A stretch of 45,460 nucleotides of DNA, taken from the IMG/VR virus record IMGVR_UViG_3300008255_000024, positions 1 to 45,460 of that record. The stretch is one strand, 5' to 3'. This document shows, in pieces, positions 18,682-27,390 of the stretch (positions are counted from its first letter, which is position 1; the number at the start of each line of letters is the position of its first letter). The position numbers and the translations under genes are program-made. The notes under the pieces are model-generated. The model saw nothing but the letters and a program-made list of their open reading frames with translations, had not been told where the DNA came from and made no database searches. This DNA comes from a virus. Lineage: Duplodnaviria > Caudoviricetes.

Positions 18682-20271
18682 TTACATCATTAGGAAGAAG
18701 TTGGTGGTGTTAGGGGAGCTGCCGGAACCCGTTTGAAACGCAATGTAACACAGCACATCAGCACTGGTGTTTATGTCTGCAGCATTACCTACTTGGAAAC
18801 CATCACTATTAAATGACTGAATGTAGTTGGCCGCAAAGCCAGATGAGCGATAGTACTTAGACAAATCTCCAGAGTGGTCGGATGAGCGCAAAGCGAAATT
18901 CCTTGCCGCTTCACTTTTTATAAAAACTAAGTCCGGAGTGAACCCAACACCAGTGATGTTACGGTTATCAGTAGCGTTACCAGAGTACTCATTTTGATAT
19001 ACATTCTGACCGGCTTTGACTGCAATAAAGTAGTAGTTAGTCGCTGAGGCGTTAACTCCAGCAAGTGTACCAACTTGAAAACCATCAGCCTGAAGTGCCT
19101 GTATACCATTAGCTACGTTTGCCGCATTATATGTATAGGAAGAAGTATCAGTAGAAGCACCTGAGCTATTAAACTTCATCATGGAGTGATTACCACCACC
19201 CATGGTTAGTACCCAAATTGGTTGGAATCCAACTCCAGTGATACTGCGGTTGTCAGTAGCGTTTCCTGCATAGGTGCCAGACACAATATCGTCACCACCA
19301 AGAGCTAGATAATTAAATACAACAGTGTCTTTGTTTAGTGTTTTAAGCCCAGCGGTTGAACCTGAACCTTTTGCGATCGTAAAGCCATCACTATCAAAGG
19401 ATTGAAACCTATCAGCTACTGTGTTTGTACTCCAGCTGTTTTCTCCTAAATAAGCAAGATTGCTACCTAGGCCAGTAATTGCTGACTGGAAAGAAAATGC
19501 TGGAGACATCTTTTCTACAGTATCAGCAGACCACACAAAGACCGCCTTCGGTTGAAAGCCGATGCCGGTAATCGCTCTCGTACCAGAAGTACCACCGTTA
19601 CCTGTATATGTACCTGTCTTTACATAAAAGCTTGTGTCTGCTGGCTTTGCAGCAATTGCGACCAGGCCGAGTTCTCCTCCAGAAGAATCAAGGGTTACAT
19701 TTAATGATGATGAGCCAGCGGGGGAAACATAGCTTGTCCCATACATCATTCCGTAGTTTGTACCCGAGGATGCAGTTATTGCCGTTCCACTTCCCGCAGA
19801 GATTGTCTTTGAATCTGAGCCAAAGCCACCGATTAATAGTGAGTTGTTAATAATAGTTGTGACAGAAATTGATTCTGATGTACTGGCAGCGGCATCATAT
19901 ATACCATTGGTGCCACCCACAGGACTTACTTGGTCAACACCTTCAAAGGCTCCAACATACCACCCCTTACCGTAGTCCACGCTAGCGTTGTATGTAATTA
20001 CAATGTTGGCTGTTCCTGCCGTTGGATTGGCTAAGTACCATACACTAGACTTTGAATACCACGCTTGTGCGTTTTGTGAGGCTCCCTGTGTCATTGCAAC
20101 ACCATTGTATGTAATGCTATCTATAGCCCAGGTTCCAGAACTACCAGCGTTGTAGTATGTATACAACACCATTAGTCCATTTGTGAGTGTTGGGCAGGTA
20201 TAGCTTATTGTCCAGGTTGAATATGTTGTGCTTGCTGTACCTCCGGTATCAGAATGGAGTGTTATTGCCAT
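18682..20271 (-). CDS. Tail fibre/receptor-binding protein
   Basis: Three repeats of YxGN...R.ITG(I/V)GF(Q/T)P; S/T/G-rich. Confidence 0.7.
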   Translation of the reverse strand: MAITLHSDTGGTASTTYSTWTISYTCPTLTNGLMVLYTYYNAGSSGTWAIDSITYNGVAMTQGASQNAQAWYSKSSVWYLANPTAGTANIVITYNASVDYGKGWYVGAFEGVDQVSPVGGTNGIYDAAASTSESISVTTIINNSLLIGGFGSDSKTISAGSGTAITASSGTNYGMMYGTSYVSPAGSSSLNVTLDSSGGELGLVAIAAKPADTSFYVKTGTYTGNGGTSGTRAITGIGFQPKAVFVWSADTVEKMSPAFSFQSAITGLGSNLAYLGENSWSTNTVADRFQSFDSDGFTIAKGSGSTAGLKTLNKDTVVFNYLALGGDDIVSGTYAGNATDNRSITGVGFQPIWVLTMGGGNHSMMKFNSSGASTDTSSYTYNAANVANGIQALQADGFQVGTLAGVNASATNYYFIAVKAGQNVYQNEYSGNATDNRNITGVGFTPDLVFIKSEAARNFALRSSDHSGDLSKYYRSSGFAANYIQSFNSDGFQVGNAADINTSADVLCYIAFQTGSGSSPNTTNFFLMM

Positions 20272-20274
20272 ATC

Positions 20275-21723
20275 CTATACAGTTGAACCTGAAGCCACAC
20301 AACGCCACTTGCTAGTAACTGTGTTCCAAATAAAGCCAACGTCAAGACGAGTAGTGGTAACGGTAGTGGTTGGTAAAGCTACTGGGCCGTTCTCAAATGA
20401 TGCTCCCCACGTAATAGCCCTAGCTGCGGTGCCTGTCACAGCTATCCATAGCCTCTGTCCTTCCGTTGGTGTACCTGAGAGGTTGGTAGTGAATGAGGTG
20501 ATGTCTACCGCTTGGGCGGTCAGAGAATAGAAGTCTACATTGTCAGTGTTGATTGTAGGTGTAGCAGATGAGGTAGTGGTGCCTGTTCGTGGAGTGACAC
20601 GCTTGTTCGTGAGTGTGTTCGTACTAGAGATAGTTGGAACTGTCACGCCTTCAACCGCCACCACTCCAGCACTTACTCGCGAGAGGGTTGTGTCGGTAGC
20701 ATGACCGAGCTCTATTGTAGTTCCTACAGTAAGGCTGGTTCCAATGTTTGCCGCTTTAGCAGCGCTGATACCTCCTGACGTTCTAATTGCTCCTGTTATA
20801 GAGCTTGTTGTGTCTAGTGTCGAAGGAGCAAAGAGTGATGCTGTTGCACCAGTACCACCAATGGTCAGCAAAGTGGTTGCTCCAGCCCATGCAGTAAACG
20901 AAGTAGAACTTGTCGTAATGCTTGTCGTTGTTGCTGGAGATGTCATTGTCTGCACACCTGTAAAAGTGTTGGCAGCATCTGTCCGAGCAATGGTAGCTGA
21001 GGTACTAGGGAACGTCATTACCGTACTATCAGTGCCAGCAAGGGTGATTGTGTTATTCGCCGTCAAGGTTTTACCATTAGCGATGGTTAGAGTGGCACTG
21101 GTCGCTGGTTCTGTTATCGCAACCTTAGAAATGAACGGTACACCAGTTGTGGTGGTGTTCTTTAATACTCCTGTACCAAGTGCAGCTAAGTTCGTACCAT
21201 TGAGCGCCACAACAGTTAGCGCACCAGAACCAGTGGCGTCCCCCGTGTGGGTAGCGTTAGTTACTAGCCCACTATAGAGAGTGTTGACGGCGTTATCTCC
21301 TGAGTTAGTACCAGTGAGTCCTAGGTCGGTCTTTAGTGTTGCAAGTGTCTGTACTTCGGGAGTCCCAGAACCTGCTGTCTTTCGATAGATAAGAGAGGCC
21401 GTAGCCATGTCAGCTTGTTTAGCTAGTGTGACCGCACCATTATCGATAGTCCAGACAGAGCCAGTTACAGATACCGTAATGTCTCCCTTATCTCCATCTG
21501 ATATTCCTGCATCAGCTGCCCATGCTGGGAGACCTGTGACAAGAGTTAATATTTGTCCATCTGTTCCCTTGGGTAGTCTTTGCATTCCACTATTGTAGTA
21601 GAGAATATCTCCATTTGCATAGCTAAGAGAGAATAGGTCTGTTACAAAAGCTGCCTCTGGGGTAGTCAAAATACCACCAAGGTCGAATCCTGGATTTGTT
21701 ATGTTGAATGGAAGTACTGACAT
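20275..21723 (-). CDS. Tail fibre protein
   Basis: GDILYY, RLPKGTDGQILT...P.W, DGDKGDITV, TLTNK motifs; T-rich. Confidence 0.75.
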   Translation of the reverse strand: MSVLPFNITNPGFDLGGILTTPEAAFVTDLFSLSYANGDILYYNSGMQRLPKGTDGQILTLVTGLPAWAADAGISDGDKGDITVSVTGSVWTIDNGAVTLAKQADMATASLIYRKTAGSGTPEVQTLATLKTDLGLTGTNSGDNAVNTLYSGLVTNATHTGDATGSGALTVVALNGTNLAALGTGVLKNTTTTGVPFISKVAITEPATSATLTIANGKTLTANNTITLAGTDSTVMTFPSTSATIARTDAANTFTGVQTMTSPATTTSITTSSTSFTAWAGATTLLTIGGTGATASLFAPSTLDTTSSITGAIRTSGGISAAKAANIGTSLTVGTTIELGHATDTTLSRVSAGVVAVEGVTVPTISSTNTLTNKRVTPRTGTTTSSATPTINTDNVDFYSLTAQAVDITSFTTNLSGTPTEGQRLWIAVTGTAARAITWGASFENGPVALPTTTVTTTRLDVGFIWNTVTSKWRCVASGSTV

Positions 21724-21724
21724 A

Positions 21725-22453
21725 CTATATCGTTGTTACTAATTTATCCAGGTCTACCTTAGGGTCTATCTTGGAATAAAGTTCTTTTAATCTGGCGTAC
21801 ATTATCATCATGTCCCGAGACATTCGGTTCATGTCTTCTTCTCGGCGGTCTAGTGATAACTCTTTGCCCTCGATATTCTTTTCCCTTATCCGTAGTTTAT
21901 CCTCCCTCTTTAGTCTTTCCTTTGTTGCCTTCTTCTCAGCCTCCTCACTGATTACTATCTCTTGTTCTAGTTCTTTTGCTCTGTCAGATAGTTCTTGAAT
22001 TTTCTTATCTAGCTCTCGTAGATGATTATTCTTTTCGGAAAGGTGCCCTGCGTATAGGTCTGAGCTGTGGTCATAGCGTCTCTTTAGCTCGTCTACCCTA
22101 TCAATTGCTTCTTGTTCTACTTCCTTGAGTTCTTTTATACGTCCAAGATGTAGTTTAATGTCTTGAGCATTCCTAACGGAAGCGGCCTCCCAGGATACGC
22201 GATTGTTCTTAGCCTCTTGAGCTAGCTGACCAATCTCCCTATTAAAAGAATTAGCACGACCACGAATATCATCGAGCCGTGCCATTTCTTCCTGCTTATC
22301 CTCTCTTATATCCGCTAGTCTTTTCTCTTCCTTAGAGATTAGAGAGATGACCTCTTTAAGCTCTTTGGTTTTATTTGCTAGCTCCGTAAGAACGGCAGAC
22401 CTTCCTTCTTTTAGAATACTCAACTCATCTTTCAGTATGATTGAGTTCTTCAT
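21725..22453 (-). CDS. Coiled-coil hypothetical protein
   Basis: 242 aa, E/K/R heptads. Confidence 0.7.
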   Translation of the reverse strand: MKNSIILKDELSILKEGRSAVLTELANKTKELKEVISLISKEEKRLADIREDKQEEMARLDDIRGRANSFNREIGQLAQEAKNNRVSWEAASVRNAQDIKLHLGRIKELKEVEQEAIDRVDELKRRYDHSSDLYAGHLSEKNNHLRELDKKIQELSDRAKELEQEIVISEEAEKKATKERLKREDKLRIREKNIEGKELSLDRREEDMNRMSRDMMIMYARLKELYSKIDPKVDLDKLVTTI

Positions 22454-22486
22454 TGTATTTATTTTATGGTTGATATAGTCAAGCGC

Positions 22487-22876
22487 TTATAGCCCCGACA
22501 GTGTAATGTTGACAGTTGCAGTACCGAAGTTTGCGGCCACCCCTGTCTCCTTGAGCGACATTCGCATATACTTGTATGCTACGTCAATGATAACGTTCAG
22601 GCTTTCTGGTGCCATCTGCCATTCACGTGGGGTGATGACAGAAGATAATCCAGTGGTATCGATGACTAGCTTGTGCCAGTTCGTTCCATCAGATGATGCT
22701 TCAAGCTGAAACTCCATAGTGTTTCCAGCCTCAGCTGCCCCCATTGCGTATACGAGGTCGATAGAGACCTTGGAGAATCCACCAGTTTCAAAGGTCTTAC
22801 GATTACCAGTGTATGCTGCTGTTAGCGTCACACCACTGAAGGCCGTGAACGCTGGTTGATTTAAATTATGTAGCAT
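22487..22876 (-). CDS. Hypothetical beta-sandwich virion protein
   Basis: Start moved to ATG22876 (MLHNLNQ); FQLEASSDGTNW...YMRM pattern. Confidence 0.65.
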   Translation of the reverse strand: MLHNLNQPAFTAFSGVTLTAAYTGNRKTFETGGFSKVSIDLVYAMGAAEAGNTMEFQLEASSDGTNWHKLVIDTTGLSSVITPREWQMAPESLNVIIDVAYKYMRMSLKETGVAANFGTATVNITLSGL

Positions 22877-22877
22877 G

Positions 22878-23075
22878 TTATTTCTTCTTAGCTTCCTTAG
22901 GCTCCTTAGGAGTCTCTTCCTTGACCGCCTTCTCAATGGTCATGAATTGATAGATAGTAACCCATTGTTTCGCAATCTCTTCAGGGAAATCTACCATTGA
23001 TTCTGCATCAATGAAATACGCTTCTCCTTTATAGTTTAGGGATACCTCTTTATCTAATGGGTTCTTAACTAACAT
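22878..23075 (-). CDS. Small hypothetical virion-associated protein
   Basis: MLVKNPL..., K/E-rich tail; packed in operon. Confidence 0.6.
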   Translation of the reverse strand: MLVKNPLDKEVSLNYKGEAYFIDAESMVDFPEEIAKQWVTIYQFMTIEKAVKEETPKEPKEAKKK

Positions 23076-23076
23076 A

Positions 23077-23487
23077 CTAGTGTACAATGGTTCCTAGAGA
23101 GTAAACAGTTGCTGCTGTTGGTGATGTTTGTACCCACATAAACTCCTTTGTGTTGTTCTGTGCGATGGTCATTGTTCCTGATAGTGTAAGACCTGTTGCT
23201 GTAGATACAGTGATAGTTTCAGCTGCGTCTGCTGTATTACGGATAGTAAACTTAAATGAAAGGTTTGTTCCATTAACTGGTGAGTTTGTTGCTGCATATA
23301 CTGCTGCTGCGGTTGGAAGTGTATCTGCACGTCCAGCTCCTGCTGGGTCTCGAAGGATGAGTCCACCAAGGATTTGGTCAGCTGTATAAGCTACAACTCC
23401 TGCTGTTGCTAGAGTTGATATAGTAACGTTACGGAAGATGTTTCCTGTCGCTTGTAGATTTGTAAATGTGGTTGGTGTCTTTGGCAT
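23077..23487 (-). CDS. Head decoration/fibre protein (putative)
   Basis: T/A-rich; directly downstream of major capsid. Confidence 0.55.
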   Translation of the reverse strand: MPKTPTTFTNLQATGNIFRNVTISTLATAGVVAYTADQILGGLILRDPAGAGRADTLPTAAAVYAATNSPVNGTNLSFKFTIRNTADAAETITVSTATGLTLSGTMTIAQNNTKEFMWVQTSPTAATVYSLGTIVH

Positions 23488-23575
23488 AATTCTACTTTAA
23501 TTCTTTAACACAAGCCTTTATTTTATAGACTTGTCTCCATCCCCCCGTAGAGGGACAGAGCAAGGCTACAATACG

Positions 23576-24547
23576 TTATGCACTGTAAGCTGCGGTAGTT
23601 CCGAGAGAACCCCAAGAACGTCGCCAATCTTTGGTGTAGTTGCCCCAACGGCCGTATACTCCAACGGTAAGCGTCTTCTTGTCTTCGTCTACTTCGGTCC
23701 ATGGCTGCATGCCCTCACGGACATCGTGCACAAACTTGGTAGCGCCTGGGACCACGAGGTACCATGCAGTGTCTGAACCGCCATTGATAGCATCCAAGAG
23801 TACAGAAGAAACCATTCCTACTGCTCCCTTGTAAACGTTAATGTCGTTGTTAGCATTGCCAGAAACGAGTTCTGATTCAGTGATAACTTGTGCGGTCTTC
23901 TCCAATGCAATTGGAAGGACGAGAGTTTCACGTCCGCCCATAGTCATAGGACCACCAGCGTCTGTCAATTGCTTACGAAGTGCGAGTCGAGCTGTCTCAA
24001 GATTTGTGTCTGAGAGAACGATACTTGTACTTGAAGCGTTAGACTGTGCTGATACTCCTGGTACTACTGAAGGGTGTTGTACAGAGAATGTCGGTACACC
24101 ATCGTTGTAGTACTGGAAGCGGTAGCCACGGATAGATTCCTTTCGAGTGGTGAAACCTCCGTTGAAGAGCTGGAGACCAGACTCATCGACTGAGAAGTTA
24201 TAGCCACGACCAAGGTCAGTAGCTTCATCAAGCTGTGAGCTGAAGTCTCGGTCCATGAGGTTTTCACGGGTGAGTTCAACTTTACCAGCGTAAGCAGTGT
24301 AGTCTACTGATGTTACGTAAGTCTTGTAGCGACCTAGTTCGTCAGTATCTTCACCTTCATCCTTTCGAGTAACTCGGTTTTCCGAGACCTTACCTGTGAA
24401 GTTCTTTTGAGCAACATCACTAGACTCGATTGTAAGGAGAGACGAGATTCCTGGTGTGTAGAGTTCTGTTCCTTGGTCAATACATTCCAAGATTTGAAGT
24501 CCTACTCCCTTAATCAATTCGCCCCATTTAGCACGTGATTCAATCAT
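23576..24547 (-). CDS. Major capsid protein (HK97 fold, Mu gpT-like)
   Basis: 323 aa; DGVPTFSVQHP, LVLPIALE, SDTAWYL, DWRRSWGS; follows scaffold. Confidence 0.85.
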   Translation of the reverse strand: MIESRAKWGELIKGVGLQILECIDQGTELYTPGISSLLTIESSDVAQKNFTGKVSENRVTRKDEGEDTDELGRYKTYVTSVDYTAYAGKVELTRENLMDRDFSSQLDEATDLGRGYNFSVDESGLQLFNGGFTTRKESIRGYRFQYYNDGVPTFSVQHPSVVPGVSAQSNASSTSIVLSDTNLETARLALRKQLTDAGGPMTMGGRETLVLPIALEKTAQVITESELVSGNANNDINVYKGAVGMVSSVLLDAINGGSDTAWYLVVPGATKFVHDVREGMQPWTEVDEDKKTLTVGVYGRWGNYTKDWRRSWGSLGTTAAYSA

Positions 24548-24576
24548 ATTAGATTATGTGTTATGTAAGCAATTAA

Positions 24577-25083
24577 TTAAAGACCAAATACCTCAGACTC
24601 GAAGATGTTAACTACCAACTGGGTAGTAACGACTGCGCTAGGACCATGTGAGTACACTTGCTGTGAAGTGATGTTCACTGTAGACTCGTCAACTAAGAGT
24701 GAGTCTGCTAGGTCGAAGGTCTTGCCAGCTAGGTCTGAACCTGCTGTGGTTGCAAGGGTAGCATCTGCTGCTACTTGATAAAGGGCTGATTTGTCTACGT
24801 CTACACGTACACGGTTCATTGCTACAGTCTGGTTGTCAGCCGCAGCTGCGAAGGTATCACCGAAGTTACCACGATAGGTGCTTCCTGTAGATACTGCAAG
24901 GCGGTTGCTACCAATGACTTGTTCAACCACACCGAGAATCTTGTCTCCTGCGGCAACTAGGGCAGCGAATCCCGCTAGTGTCTTAACAGCGCCACCAACT
25001 GATACGGTTACTGAGTTTGCTACGATTCGGTCTACAAGGAGTGGACCGCCGAAGTTACCCAATGAACCAACTTTCTTAAACAT
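24577..25083 (-). CDS. Capsid cement/decoration protein (putative)
   Basis: A/V/G-rich 168 aa between scaffold and capsid. Confidence 0.6.
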   Translation of the reverse strand: MFKKVGSLGNFGGPLLVDRIVANSVTVSVGGAVKTLAGFAALVAAGDKILGVVEQVIGSNRLAVSTGSTYRGNFGDTFAAAADNQTVAMNRVRVDVDKSALYQVAADATLATTAGSDLAGKTFDLADSLLVDESTVNITSQQVYSHGPSAVVTTQLVVNIFESEVFGL

Positions 25084-25110
25084 TTTTGATTCGTTGTTTA
25101 GTAGTGAATT

Positions 25111-25743
25111 CTATTCAATACCGAGAGCATTGAATGCTTCTCCGTACTTACCTTTCAGTTTATTAAACTTTTCCTTTTCCATCTTTGCCATCTCCAGAAC
25201 CTTTTCAGTTTCCTGAGAAGTCTTGCCATCATTGGTTGGTGGTGTCTGGCCTGTGCGGGGTGTCCCGTCATAGCCTGCTCCAGTTTCTCCATTCGGCGTG
25301 AAGTTGAGAAATCGGTATGCTTCCTCCAATCGTTGACGTGCTTGTTCTTTTGTTGAGACGTCGGCAAAGTTGAATCGTGATAGGTTATCCTTAAACTTCC
25401 CAAACACTAGTCCAACTTGGTCAGCTTGAAACTCTGGCTTGCTTGTCTTGAACTCAGCGATTGCTGATTCCAGTTCTTGCTTGCGTCGTTCCGCTTCCTT
25501 CTGGCTTAGGGCTTGTTCGATAAGGGTATTAACATCGAGTTCACCGTTATTAAGATTTGCTTTTGAAAGAGCTTCGTTCTTCTTGATGCGTTCATCCTTG
25601 AGTTCCTCTACTACTTTAGTGAGGTCCTGTTTAGATTTCTCCACAAGACTATTGGCTACTTGAGCCGCTGCCTCCGCTTCGGCCACACGCTTCTTCGTGG
25701 CTTCAAGCTCTTCCTTTAAAGCGATAATTTCCTCTTCAGTCAT
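25111..25743 (-). CDS. Capsid scaffolding protein (putative)
   Basis: Acidic coiled-coil upstream of capsid genes, with own promoter. Confidence 0.7.
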   Translation of the reverse strand: MTEEEIIALKEELEATKKRVAEAEAAAQVANSLVEKSKQDLTKVVEELKDERIKKNEALSKANLNNGELDVNTLIEQALSQKEAERRKQELESAIAEFKTSKPEFQADQVGLVFGKFKDNLSRFNFADVSTKEQARQRLEEAYRFLNFTPNGETGAGYDGTPRTGQTPPTNDGKTSQETEKVLEMAKMEKEKFNKLKGKYGEAFNALGIE

Positions 25744-25749
25744 TTGTAT

Positions 25750-25965
25750 AACTACCTCGCCCCCTTAATTTTAATACACTTTATAACGGAGCAATGCCTC
25801 CGACAGGTCGAGTCCTGCTTGGCGAGTCTGCCTTTTGGGCAAGGTAGGATGCAATGTAATGTGAGGGACGCACAGTTTTACTTCGCACCCTACCCCACCC
25901 ATAAGATGGGGCGCTACTGTTCATAGCATCGTTCTTTCGAACTGTAATACCGAGGGCCGTATTAC
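25750..25965 (-). promoter_or_regulatory. Structured 5' leader of the scaffold-capsid transcript
   Basis: Minus-strand hairpins GTAATAC/GTATTAC, GTTC-GAAA-GAAC, GGTAGGGTGC/GCATCCTACC; CTCGCC can pair with GGCGAG at the RBS. Confidence 0.6.
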
Positions 25966-25971
25966 GGCGTA

Positions 25972-26000
25972 ATTATAACATACCTCGTTTATTTTGTCAA
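25972..26000 (-). promoter_or_regulatory. Sigma70-type promoter (capsid operon)
   Basis: TTGACA-17 nt-TATAAT with TG extension. Confidence 0.9.
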
Positions 26001-26009
26001 GAGGGTAGA

Positions 26010-26993
26010 CTAGAATAAGTCTTCTCCTGATACGCTCTGACTTCTTTTGTTGTAGTTGATTGACCGCTTGTGGAAGAAGTCTACATGCTTAGTGGCGATA
26101 ACTTCATTATCAAACCATTCTGTCTTGTGTAGCATTGCTTCGTTTGTTTCAAAGATTCTCTTCAGCCCAACAGAGGCTAGAGAGTTATTGAGGCGGTGTT
26201 TGACGAACTCATAGACCTGTTCCTTTGGTAGAAAGTCTAGCTCTCCTGCCTCGAATATCCAGTCTATCAATTCCTTCTCAACCTTATATGTCTCCTCACA
26301 GAACTTGTATATCCTCTCCTTCCATTCTTCAGTGAACCAGCCTGGGTTCTCTTTCTGAATAATGTTGATTAGGTCGATACCAAACATACCGTGGATATTT
26401 TCTTCTTTTGAGGTTGCCTCTACTGCATTACTCAGTCCCTTGAAAATGTTCTTATGCTTATTGAAAGCCATCATTATCAAGAACTGAGAGAAGAGTGATA
26501 CGTGCTCCACAAAGAGTGCGAATAGAAGGACTGATTGTGCGTACTGACTGTTATCTTCTGTCCGTGACATCTCAGCTACTGAGCTAAGGTATTCGTATCT
26601 ATCTCGTAATACAGGTACTTCCATTATCTTTTCGAACTCTTTATTGAGCCCGAGTAGCTCTAGCAGGTGTGAGTATGCATCGGTGTGACGCACCTCAGAC
26701 TCTGCGAATGTTGCACCTACGGCACCAATCTCTGGCTTTGGCATCTTCTTGTAGATGTCACCCCAGAATGTTTTCACCTGTACCTCTATCTGTGCGATAG
26801 CTAGCATAGCATTCTTCACTGCATTGCGCTCAGCATCCGTAACATTAATCTTAAAGTCTTGGATGTCAGAGGTAAAGTTGAATTCGGTATGTATCCAGTA
26901 TGAGTGTCTTACAGCGTCTACATAAGAGTAGAGCTCTGGGTATTCATATGGTTTAAGATTGGTTCGTTTAGTGAATAGTGAACGCTTCTTCAT
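26010..26993 (-). CDS. nrdB: Ribonucleotide reductase beta subunit, class Id (NrdBi)-like
   Basis: KPYEYP, W.HTE.NF..D.QDF, AIAQIEVQVK (Glu first ligand plus Lys), EVRH..AY, VEHVSLFSQF, EENIH, DFFHKR..NY; start at ATG26993 via TAATG coupling. Confidence 0.93.
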   Translation of the reverse strand: MKKRSLFTKRTNLKPYEYPELYSYVDAVRHSYWIHTEFNFTSDIQDFKINVTDAERNAVKNAMLAIAQIEVQVKTFWGDIYKKMPKPEIGAVGATFAESEVRHTDAYSHLLELLGLNKEFEKIMEVPVLRDRYEYLSSVAEMSRTEDNSQYAQSVLLFALFVEHVSLFSQFLIMMAFNKHKNIFKGLSNAVEATSKEENIHGMFGIDLINIIQKENPGWFTEEWKERIYKFCEETYKVEKELIDWIFEAGELDFLPKEQVYEFVKHRLNNSLASVGLKRIFETNEAMLHKTEWFDNEVIATKHVDFFHKRSINYNKRSQSVSGEDLF

Positions 26994-27121
26994 TATCCCT
27001 CGCAAGATGTGCAAGCACTGTCTCCTGGGGCAACGTGAATGCGTGGTTTAATTGTTGGACCGTCTTCTAGTTCAGGTAGTTCAAAATCAATTTCCTTTTC
27101 GTCCTGATGTCTTTCGCTCAT
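26993..27121 (-). CDS. 42-aa acidic mini-protein ending CTSCEG, resembling an RNR alpha C-terminal redox tail
   Basis: MSERHQDEKEIDFELPELEDGPTIKPRIHVAPGDSACTSCEG*; stop overlaps nrdB start. Confidence 0.75.
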   Translation of the reverse strand: MSERHQDEKEIDFELPELEDGPTIKPRIHVAPGDSACTSCEG

Positions 27122-27389
27122 TTGCTTTTCTTACTAGTGAAATAAAATAGTTGGTTCGTGCATGAGCGCCACGGATTGTGTAGCGGTCTGCATCTGTACT
27201 GGCTTGGAAGTAGAGCTTAATGTCTCTCTCACAAGCATCTCTAAGGAACTTAAGGAACATCTCGTTCTGTCCGTATGCCCCAAAGATTTCAAGCACATCT
27301 TTCTCAGATGGACTATCACCTTCAGGGACAACAGCTTTGTAGTACCCAAACTTGTTTAATAATTTATCTATTACCCTCATATTAATCAT
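27087..27389 (-). CDS. Hypothetical protein downstream of portal
   Basis: 100 aa, helical; starts 1 nt after portal stop. Confidence 0.7.
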   Translation of the reverse strand: MINMRVIDKLLNKFGYYKAVVPEGDSPSEKDVLEIFGAYGQNEMFLKFLRDACERDIKLYFQASTDADRYTIRGAHARTNYFISLVRKANERKTSGRKGN

Positions 27390-27390
27390 A

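Noticed and set aside
26994-27014. GTG start extending NrdB to 334 aa
   Set aside because: ATG26993 is coupled to the mini-ORF stop and matches expected N-termini
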